From positions 800,001 to 864,000 of the forward strand of contig CAXXDN010000002.1 of NCBI GenBank assembly GCA_963667465.2: a DNA stretch of 64,000 nucleotides, in the 5' to 3' direction. The position numbers were made by a program, and so were the translations under genes. This document shows positions 1 to 9,400 of the stretch, piece by piece; positions within the stretch are counted from its first letter, which is position 1, and each line of letters starts with the position of its first letter. This stretch comes from Dehalococcoidia bacterium (lineage in GTDB: Bacteria > Chloroflexota > Dehalococcoidia > UBA2979). The notes beneath the pieces are model-generated. The model saw only the letters and a program-made list of their open reading frames with translations, did not search any database and was not told the DNA's origin.

Positions 1-941
1 GTCTCACCCGGTCCGTCCGGGTTCCCCGGTGGCATGTCGAACCGGACCGTGCCGCTTGTCGGCCCCGTGAAGTCGCGGAACGGTCCCGAACTGCTCGCCG
101 TGCTCGTTTCTGTCACCCGCCAGTCGACCTCGGCGATGGTGCGTGTCAGGCACGCCGCATCCGGCCTGAAGAAGACCAGCTGCGCGCCGAAATCGGTGCC
201 GGTTCCGCTGTCCCCCTCCGCGCCGCGGCCGTCCCTGCCATCGGCGCTAATGGGGATGACGGTGATCCTGGGCAGCTCCTGGTCGTCGTCCGCGATCGTT
301 GCCTCTACCTGCCTGGAGTGCTTCGCGCCGTTCGGAGCGTCCTTCAGCTCGACCGTCGTCAGGCCACCGAGCTCACCCTTGAGTGTGAAGTTCACCCTGA
401 CCGATTCATCCACCTCCTGAAAACGGTCCGAGATGGTCTTCATGTCAATGGTCGCCGTCGCGGAATCGGTATTCGTGCCTGAGAATGGGAAGTAGACGCG
501 GAACCGCCCGCAGAACTCGTCGTCGCAAGCGTTGCTGTCCTGCTTCGAGATCGCCGAGCCCGAGGTCTTCACCACGGGATCGTCGACATCCCCGTGCTCG
601 TGGGCGTAGTTGGGAACGGCGGGCCCGGTCAGGGTGGCAGCGCCCGACCGGTGGTTGCGATCGCTATGCCAGTCACGATCGATATTCCAGTCGACCCAGA
701 AGCTGATGATCGGTTTGGCAGCTTCGGTGGCCGGGCGGTTCACCTCGATGGTGAACGTGAGCTTGTTGCCGTGGCTTGCCTGGTCCTTGGCGGTGCCCTC
801 GGTTACGCCGACGGCGCTCACGGTGACGATGGTGGTGGGAGTCGTCTGGGCGAAGACCAGGCCCGGGAGGAATACAATAGTAATAGCAAGCAGGGACAGG
901 GCGCCAACCGCCGTGTAGAAGCTGACCCGTCTCAGGGACAT
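1..941 (-). CDS. Secreted Calx-beta/Ig-like repeat surface protein (N-terminal part; runs off the window start)
   Basis: Not in the ORF track because it has no stop in the window. Manual translation gives a signal peptide MSLRRVSFYTAVGALSLLAITIVFLPGLVFA-Q, then Calx-beta-like motifs VTEG, QEVDESVRV, ATIADDD, AEGDSGT and RDFTGPTSGTVRF. Confidence 0.7.
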   Translation of the reverse strand, partial: MSLRRVSFYTAVGALSLLAITIVFLPGLVFAQTTPTTIVTVSAVGVTEGTAKDQASHGNKLTFTIEVNRPATEAAKPIISFWVDWNIDRDWHSDRNHRSGAATLTGPAVPNYAHEHGDVDDPVVKTSGSAISKQDSNACDDEFCGRFRVYFPFSGTNTDSATATIDMKTISDRFQEVDESVRVNFTLKGELGGLTTVELKDAPNGAKHSRQVEATIADDDQELPRITVIPISADGRDGRGAEGDSGTGTDFGAQLVFFRPDAACLTRTIAEVDWRVTETSTASSSGPFRDFTGPTSGTVRFDMPPGNPDGPGE

Positions 942-1139
942 CAGCGGTGACCGACTGTGACTATCGAGGCGTCCGGCGCAAACACCCGCTGGAACACCTA
1001 GTGCCGAGCCTGCATGAGCTCGCTCCCCTCCCGGCGCGCAGGGCAACATCCATGCAACGACATTGATTGTAGCCGCATCCTACGCGATCAGGGAAGCGTC
1101 CGCGTGTCCTCGTGGGAAGATCCCGGCCCCCACCGGCGG

Positions 1140-1691
1140 CCGGGAGATCGCTGCGCTCGTTGCGGACCGGGACGATTCCGGCGACCCCGGCCGCCTCGTC
1201 CGAAGCCCAACCGGCGGGCGAGCGCGCCAGGAACGCGCCGGCGCTCGACGTGCGGAGCCAGCTCTACCAGCTCACGGGGGTGGACCTGACGCGGATTGAT
1301 GGGGTGGACAAGCACACGGCGCTGACGTTCGTCAGCGAGGTCGGGCTGGACATGAGCGGGAGACCGTGAAGCACTTCGCCTCGTGGTTGGGCCTGTGCCC
1401 GAGAAGCCGCGTCACCGGTGGCACGGTCATCAGCTCCCGGACCCAGCCGTCAGCGAGCCGGGCTGCAGCCGCCCTCGGTCTGGCGGCCTACGGCCTTCCC
1501 GCTCCGACAGCGCGCTCGGGGCGTTCCTGCGGCGGAAGAGGGCGCAGCTGGGGTCGTCGAAGGCCATCACGGCGACGGCTCACAGGCTGGCGCGGATCAG
1601 CTACCTGATGCTGGAGGACGGACACGCCTGCACGGAAGCCGGAGCCGGCTACTGCGAGCAGCCGCCGCCACCCCGGCGTCGCCAGCTTTGA
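1140..1691 (+). pseudogene. IS110-family transposase C-terminal remnant, frameshifted
   Basis: Pieces lie in different frames: LYQLTGVDLTRIDGV..SEVGLDMS, KHFASWLGLCP..VTGG..ISSRT, and SALGAFLRRKRAQLG..KAITATAHRLAR. No N-terminal DEDD domain is seen. Confidence 0.85.
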
Positions 1692-1730
1692 CGCACTGCA
1701 GGGCAGGACAGCGGCAGGCAGCTGGTCCGG

Positions 1731-2549
1731 TCAGGGACGGACGGCGAGAGCGCGGCCGAAGGCCATCCCGGCAACGGCTCCGGGGTCCCGCCACCATTCC
1801 GCCAACTGGCGAGCGATCTCGGTCATCATCTCCGGTGACAGCGCTCCACTCTGCTTCGCGGCGTCCGCTATGCCGCCATCCAGAAACCACTGGCGGATGA
1901 TGGCGTGGTAGAAATCGATCTCGTCGGGAGTGTGGTAGACCTCGAAGGAAGCAGAGATGTCGATGTCCACGAAGCCAGCCCGCCAAAGGTGCAGCTTCAT
2001 GTCCCGGGCGATCTCGGGGTGGCCGCCGTCCGCGGCCAGCAGATCACTGAACGCCTCCAGCGACCGTTGCATCACCCCCAACTCCGGATGGGCGAAACAG
2101 GATCCAAGCATGAGGTCGCGGCAGGCCACCAGGCCCCCCGGCCGCAGCACCCGCTTCACCTCCGCCAATGCCCGGTCGGTGTCGGAGACGTGCAGCAGGA
2201 CGCCGCCCAGATGGACCGCGTCGAAGGAGCCGTCCTCGAAAGGCAGGTCCTCCACGTCGGCTACCTGGAACGCCGCGTTGCGGCAGTCGGCAGCGGCGGT
2301 CACGGCTCGGGCGAGGTCAATCTGCGACGGCTCGATATCAACTCCACGCAGCTCGCCCGGGGCGACGGCCCGGGCCAGTCGCAGCGACAGATGTCCCGCA
2401 CCACAGCCGACGTCCAGCAGCCTTTGCCCGCGCTCCAGATGGGGAATCAGGAAATTCAGGCTCTCCTGCTGGGCGAAGCGCGCCTGGAACCGGCTCATCT
2501 CCTCGCTGTAACCCATGGTGTATACCGAATCTGCTGTGTCCTGTGGCAT
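1731..2549 (-). CDS. Class I SAM-dependent methyltransferase (UbiE-like)
   Basis: Motifs LLDVGCGAG, GVDIEP, DLPFEDGSFDAV and RVLRPGG. Confidence 0.9.
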   Translation of the reverse strand: MPQDTADSVYTMGYSEEMSRFQARFAQQESLNFLIPHLERGQRLLDVGCGAGHLSLRLARAVAPGELRGVDIEPSQIDLARAVTAAADCRNAAFQVADVEDLPFEDGSFDAVHLGGVLLHVSDTDRALAEVKRVLRPGGLVACRDLMLGSCFAHPELGVMQRSLEAFSDLLAADGGHPEIARDMKLHLWRAGFVDIDISASFEVYHTPDEIDFYHAIIRQWFLDGGIADAAKQSGALSPEMMTEIARQLAEWWRDPGAVAGMAFGRALAVRP

Positions 2550-2608
2550 TTCCCGCGTACACCTCCCTGTGCTGACTTTGCATGCGGACGCCGTGGCGGC
2601 GGCGAGTT

Positions 2609-3052
2609 CTACCCTGATCTTGACCGTGCATCCAGGCTGTCCAGTATGGCCGCGATGACTTCCACGGCCTGCTGGAACCGGTCCGGGGGAATTCCTCGCG
2701 CCAGATCTTCCGCCAGTTCCCGAAGGGGCTGCTCCAACTGCCGCGCCAGTTCCTCGCCCTCCCTGGTGACCCGCAGGGTCACGTTTCGCCGGTCGGTCCG
2801 CGAGCGGCGCCGGGTAATCAGCTGCTTCTCGTAGAGGCGCTGCGCCGTCCGGCTGATCAGCGACTGCTCCAGGGTCACGCGTGAACCGACGTCGACCGGG
2901 TTCATGGGGCCTTGTTCCACCAGTGTAACGAGCACGCGGTATTCGGACGGCGAGATCCCGGAGGACACCAGCACCGCCGCCCAGCGCCGCTCCACCAGGA
3001 GACCCACGTCCGCGAGCTGCAGGGGCAAGGTCACGTTCACGTTTTCAGACAT
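2609..3052 (-). CDS. MarR-family transcriptional regulator
   Basis: Winged-helix pattern GISPSEYRVL...ISRTAQRLYEKQLITR..SRTDRR...VTREG. Confidence 0.9.
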   Translation of the reverse strand: MSENVNVTLPLQLADVGLLVERRWAAVLVSSGISPSEYRVLVTLVEQGPMNPVDVGSRVTLEQSLISRTAQRLYEKQLITRRRSRTDRRNVTLRVTREGEELARQLEQPLRELAEDLARGIPPDRFQQAVEVIAAILDSLDARSRSG

Positions 3053-3084
3053 GGATGGACTCCCCGGGGGGAGGGGGAGCGCTT

Positions 3085-3117
3085 ACTATATCATTTGTTC
3101 TGCAATCGCGCTGATTG
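3085..3117 (-). promoter_or_regulatory. Extended -10 (TGATATAGT) of marR plus CAATC-N5-GATTG inverted repeat, a possible operator
   Basis: AT-rich stretch upstream of marR. TGnTATAGT lies at 3093-3085 and the inverted repeat at 3103-3117. Confidence 0.45.
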
Positions 3118-3213
3118 ATAAAAGTGCTATGTCCTCATACGTAATGGCACTCGTGACTGTGGCATTGATTGTATGGCCTTCACTGGACTCGCACAATTCA
3201 AATCGCCAGCCAG

Positions 3214-3328
3214 CACCCGTGGCCGTCGTAACGATTTGCCGTCAGGACTCAAGGCGGGAGCCGGATGCGTTAGCCGCACGTCCGAATCCGTGCGGGGGGC
3301 GCCGGCAACCGGCGTCCCTACCGCGAAC
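3214..3328 (+). mobile_element. 3' fragment of a group II intron (IEP C-terminal tail plus domains V and VI), class E-like
   Basis: GAGCCGGATGCG-TTAGC-CGCACGTCCGAATC (DV with AGC triad) is followed by GGGGCGCCGGCAACCGGCGTCCCTACCGCGA (DVI with branch A). The upstream frame reads HPWPS*RFAVRTQGGSRMR*, resembling a class E RT C-terminus. Confidence 0.85.
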
Positions 3329-3400
3329 CCGTAGCGACCGCACGATGTGCGGGGCGATCTTCGGGCAGCAAGCGTTGGCCGGGCGGAAGCCTCTCAGCGG

Positions 3401-6400
3401 TCACGAGCATCGCCGGACGGATGCAATGATGAGATCGAAATTCGCGTTGACGTCGAAGGTCGTGAGGGCCTGTTGATGGCTCTGCTGGAGCGCTGCGATG
3501 TCCTCTGCTGAGTCACCTTCGTCCCGTAGCGCCTGGAGTGCGTCCGCTTGCTGATCGACGAGCGCTTGCCGATCAATGGCCTGCTGAGCCCGCAGGGCGG
3601 CGAGGCGCTGCTGGATCACCTCGTCCGGCGGATCGCATTCGGCGGTAGGAGTCGGCGTAGGCGTCGACGTAGGTGTGGGCGTAGGTGCGGGCGTTTCCGG
3701 CCGGTCTCGAGGGCGCACCGCGGTCCGCTCTACCTCCGCAGCGATGACCGTGAAGCGGCTGCTGTCGCCGCGTCCGAAGACGTCCGGGAAGTAGCTCTCC
3801 TCGGCGCGCGCGGGGGCGACAAAAAAGTCACCGGGCGTCGTCGCCCGCGCATAGTAGACGTACTCGTGCACTCCTCGAGGCAGGCGCGTGGCCAGCAGCA
3901 CCACCCGGTCGTCACGGAGGTCCACCTGGTCCCACGGGCTCCAGTACCAGCGGTACCAGGGCGCGGAGTACGCCGGCGCAGCGCCGGGCAGCGCCTCCGC
4001 GCGATCCGCTTCCAGCCGCTCGCGCAGATAGGGCGCGACGATGTTCAACTGCGGGTCGATCGGCTCGAGGCCGGCCGGCAGGGAGTCCTCGACCCTGGCG
4101 AAGAGGCGATCCGCGGGCGCGGCGACCGTCACGACGACACGCACCACGTCGCCGATGGAAGCGCTCGTGATGGGCGTGCCGGGGTCGTCCAGCAGCGAGT
4201 AGCGGCGCGAGACGGCAAAGCCGCGGTTCAGCGCCTCGACGGCTTGCGCCGGCGTGACGTAGCGCAGGTTGAGCCCGTAGTAGAGCCGCCCGGCGCTAGC
4301 AGCCTCGCGGTCGAACTGCACCCGGCTGACCTCGCCCGGCGGCAGGTCCGCGAGGGCGACCGCGGCGGCGTCGAGGTAGTCGCCGGCCGGCACGTCAAAG
4401 TCGCCGTCGAGCACCCGCGTGGTGTTGACCAGCACCGAGTAGTCGTAGACGCCGCGCGTCTCGCCGGTCAGCTCGGCGTAGGCGCCGAGCGAGGCCATGC
4501 CCTGTGCGCGCTCGACGTCGGTCTTCCAGCGGTTGACCGAGCGGGCGTAGGCGAGCCAGCGCGCGGTCTCCTCGAGCAGCGGGTGCGACGGGTCGACCTC
4601 GGTGAGGGCGCGCAGCACGATCGCGGTGGTCCGCACGCTGCCGTTGTGCATGCTGCCCGCGATGCGTTCGTCCTCCCAGTGGTTGCCGTTGGCGCTGGCG
4701 ATGGTGTTGGCCGTGAGGTCGTTGAGCAGCGCGCGCGCGGCCTCGTGGTCGCGCTCGTGGCCACTTCCGATGAGGCCGAGCAGCAGGTAGGCGCGCCCCC
4801 AGTTCGTGAGGTCCGCGCGGTGCTGCTCGAAGATCGCGAGCACCCTGCCGGCCTGCTCGCGCGAGCGCGCGCTGACCTCGCGCCCCTCGTTCGAGGCGTC
4901 AACGAGCGCGTAGAGCAGGAAGGCGTGCTGGTTGGCGTCGGCCGGACGCTCGACGTCGGTCGTGCGGTCCAGGTACTCCGTGACCGCGCGAGTGGCCCGC
5001 GACAGCGCCCCGTCGGGAACCGTCTCAGCGGTGTCCCGGGCCTCGCCGAGCGCCAGCAGCACCCAGCCGCTGACCCAGGCGTCCTGCTCGCAGACGCCGC
5101 ACCAGCTCCACCAGCCGTGGTACTCCTGCTCGCCGACCAGCGTCCTCACGTCGGCCGTGAGCTGGGCCCGCTCAGTCTGGTCCAGACCATCCGGCGTCGC
5201 ACGCTCCACGGCGACAGAGGCGATGACGCGGCTCGCGATGCGCACGGGCCACTCGGTCCAGCGCAGGTAGGGCTTGAAGTAGTCCAGCTCCTCGTCGAGC
5301 GCGCCGACCAGCGAGCCCTGTAGCGACAGCTCCAGCGAGCCGCTGCCCGTGATCACGTAGTCCGGCAGGTACACCGCCTCGATAGCCGGTACGTCCTCGA
5401 CGACGCCGCCGGTCGCCGTCGTCTCCGGGGTCACGTCGAGGTGCACGGGCAGGCTGATCTCGACGGCGTCGCCGTAGCTATCCGTGACGGCGCGGAAGCG
5501 CACCGTCGCCGCGCCCTCGGCGAGGACGCGGGCGGGCCAACCGAAGATCGCCGAGTCGCCGGGTTCGATCGTCATCGTGCGCGCGGCATCGTCGTCGAGG
5601 GTCACGCCCTCGGCCTCGACGGTGACGGTCACCTCGCGCGCCGTGTCCGTACCGTTGCGCACGAGCGTGCGCAGCGTGACGGAGTCGCCGACGCGCAGGA
5701 AGCGCGGCAGCGCGGGGCGCACGAGCAGCGGCTGCGTCACCCGCAGCTCGCTCTCGCCCTCGCCGACTTGCGTCTCGGCCGTCACGGCGCGGGCGAGCGC
5801 TCGCCAGGTGGTGGTGTTGTCCGGCAGATGCAGCTCGAAACTGGCCTTGCCTCCCTCGTCCGTGGTGAGTTGCTCGATCCAGAGCGCCGTGTTCTGGAAG
5901 TCCGAGCGCACAGGCGCGTCGGCGCCGCTCTCTGCCACGGGCGCGGGGGCGATCACCGCGTCTTCCGCCCCGGACATACCCGTGTCTGGATGCTCCGGCG
6001 GTAGGGATGGCCCGGCGGGTGACCGGTTCTTCGCCCGGCCGTCGCCCGTGGCTTCTTCGCCCTCCCCGGCCTCGCGGTAGGCCTCGTTCCAGCGGTCGAC
6101 GAGGACGGCGAGCGACGAGGCGGTACGGACGCCAAGCCCACGCTCGTACCAGAACCAGTCCAGCCCGTTCGCCCCAGGCTCGTCCGCCAGCGCGAGCACA
6201 GCCTTGTCGACGATCGCGACCGCGAGATCGGCCTCGACGCCGCGGCCTTCCGCATCGGTCACGGTGACGTCGTAACGTACCGTTTCGCCAGCCAGGGCCT
6301 GCGTGCGGTCCGGCTCGATGCGCACATCAAGGCTCCGCGGCGCCGTCGAGACGGAGAGTTCGATGTTGCCAACGAGGTAGCGCGGGTAGGGATCGTCAGC

Positions 6401-9400
6401 GGTCGGCGGGCGATAGAGCACGACACCCACGTAGATGTTGGGGATATGCGCGTCCTCGATCGGGATGCGCAGCACCTCGCTGTTCGTCTCGAAGCTGCGC
6501 ACCTCGCTGCTCAGCACGCGCCCGCGCTCGATGGTGACGAGGGCGGTGGCGCCCGCGAACGGCGCCGGCACGAGCACCTCGGCCACGTCGCCGACCTCGT
6601 ACTCCTCACGGTCGGCGATGAGCTCGATGATGTCGTCGTCGCGCACCGGCCACGGCGCGTAGTCCGGGCCACTCACCCAGAGGGCGCGGGCAGAGCGCGC
6701 GACACGTTCACGCTCGTCGAGCGACTCCGCCACGAGCCGGTACGAGCCGGACTTCGGCGGGGTGAACGTCAGCGCTGCCTCGCCAGCCTCGTTCGTCGTG
6801 GCGGAGAGCACCTCGATCTCCGTCTCGCGCAGCTCATAGCGGTAGGAGTAGCCGCCGTGGTCCGCCCGCTCCTTCGAACGCACCCACTCGCGCTCGACTA
6901 CACGGACCGTCATGGGCCGGTTCGGCGCGATGCGGCTCTCGAAGTCGACCGTCACGAGGTGGATGGTCTCCGGCTCTCCGGCCCTGGCGATGTAGGACTC
7001 GGTCTTGATGCCGGCGTACCACGTGGCGGGGTGGACGGTGACCGCGGTGCTGTTCCCCACGGCCTGCCCGTTCGCGTCTGTCACGGTCGCGCTGATCGTG
7101 AACCGCTGGGTGCCCTCGTCCTGCTCGAGCCTGGCGGGAACCTCGAAGCGTGCGCTGCCGGAGGCGTCCGTACGCGTCTCGCCTTCGCCCCGCAACGGAT
7201 CAGCGCGGTCGGGGGTTCGGTAGTAGTAGTCGTACTCCGAGAACGAGTAGTCCTCGTAGCCCTCGACGCGGATCGAAGTGGGCCACGCCAGCGCGGACCA
7301 CTTGACAGCGGCGTCCGCCACGGCGCCGCCGAAGTAGAAGCTCGCCGCTACCTCGGCCGAGATCGCGTCAGCAGCGAGGTAGTCCGTTCCCGCCGCCTCC
7401 ACGGTGACCTCGAACTCCGGCGCGCGGAACTCCGCCACCGTGAAGGGAATCGAGGCCACCACGCGGCCGTGACCATCGAGCACGGACACCGCGTACCTAC
7501 CCGTGGCGGCGTTGCCGGGGAGCACGAACTCGCCCGCGAGAGCCCCGAACTCATCGAGCTCGGACGTTGTGTCGAGCAGGTCCTCCCAGCGTGGATCCCG
7601 GATCCGGATGGTGACCTCGGTGCCCGGTCCTGGCACGGCTAACGACGCGTCGTCGTCGTCCCGCACGACGGCCTTGTAGTAGACGGTCTCGCCGGGGCGG
7701 TAGATCGGCCGGTCGCTGTACAGGTGGCCGACCGAGCTGGGGAAGTACGATGAAGCCCCCAGCTGTGAGGGTGAAGCTCCCGCATCCCACCACGTAGCCG
7801 CCACGCCGCTGCGTCCGTCCTCCTCGATCCGCACGAGGTGGTTTCCGTACGGCCTCCAGTAGCTCGAGTAGGAGTCACTGGTGGCCGTGACGGCGAACCG
7901 CGCCAGTCCGTCGCTGTCGGTGTCGGCGGCCTGGTAGGGGCTCGCTGGCGGGTTCTCGAGCGGGGCGGTGTTCACCGTGACGCCGCTGAGCGGGTTGCCG
8001 GTCTCGTAGTCGAGCGCCCAGACGATCAACTCGTCGAACGCGAGCTTGGTGACGATCGCCGTGTCGACGACGCTGAGCACCAGCTTCCGCGGGTACCACC
8101 ACTGCGCCTCGGGGTGGTCGACCGCGAGGAAGTAGTGGCCCCTGGGCAGCGGTTCGCCCTCGCTCAGGCCCGTCGAGTAGACGCGCGAGGCGTCGCGCAA
8201 CTCCGCGTCGATCTGCTCGCTCCAGCTGCGTATCGGATTGCTGGCGGGAGTGAACTCCTCCCAGCCGTCGGAGCGCCATCCGTCGATGAAGCCGCTGCGG
8301 AGCAGGATCTCAGCCTCGGCGTCCGCGAGACGGTAGAGCCGGAAGCGAGCCTCTTCCACGGCCAGCGCGTGGTAGTACAGCACCTGTGGATCGGCCGCCG
8401 CGAAGGTGACGAAGCTGCCCGGGGCCGCCGGGTTCACCCGCGGGTTCACGGTCTCCGCCTCCGTGGTGAACGAGAACTCGTAGGCGGGAACCGCCCGCCC
8501 CCCGCGATCACGTGCGCCTGCCGCGAGGCGCACGGTGTACTTCGTCGCGGGCTCGAGTCGGACGTCCACGCTCACTATCCCGCGGCCCCAGCTGTAGGGC
8601 GAGACCACGATGTCATCGGGTTCGATGCCACTGATCGAGACGCGGCCTTCGAAGGATTCGAAGTCCATCGGGTTGTTGTATTCGAGGGTGATGTCGTACC
8701 GCCAAGCGTCGCTCTCACCGTCCAGCGGCCGCGTGCGTATCAGCCGCGGCGGCTCCACCACGGTGAAGCGAGCGATCCGGTGCGACTGGATGCCGCCGCC
8801 CGCAGCGCCGCGCAGCCCGAGCGGCGCTTCCAGCCTGTACGCGACGCCGAGCGCCAGCGGCTGGTCAGGCATGAGCGTGACCACGCTGTCGCCCTCGCTC
8901 CAGGCGAACGAGGACGCAACGGCGGAGCCGCTCTCGACGCGCAGCTTGAGGCCCGCCTCGACCGAGGCGCGGTCCATCGGCTGGTTGAAGGTGACGACGA
9001 ACGGCCCGTCCGGCTCGACGAACTTCGAGCCGTCACTCGGCTTGAAGCGCGTGATCGCGGGCTGGATCGTCGCGAAGCTCCACTCGAAGTCGGACTGGAG
9101 GACGCCGTCGGCGGCCGAGGTGAGCCCAGCGGGGATGCGCACGCGATACTGAGTGCTGGGCGGCAGCCCCGTGCTCGGCGTGAAGCGGTAGAGCGATGTG
9201 TTGAGCCATTCGCCCTTGCCCGCGATCTGCGGGTCGAACTCCAGCACCGGCGGCGCTTCGCCCTCCTGGAGCACGGTCAGCGCCGCGACCGAGCGGTTGA
9301 ACTGCACGAGGATCTGCGCCTCCGCAGGCACCTCGCGATCCCCATCTCCGGGGATGACGTAGGTCACCTCCAGCCCGCCGGAGACGGTGAACGCGTGCAC

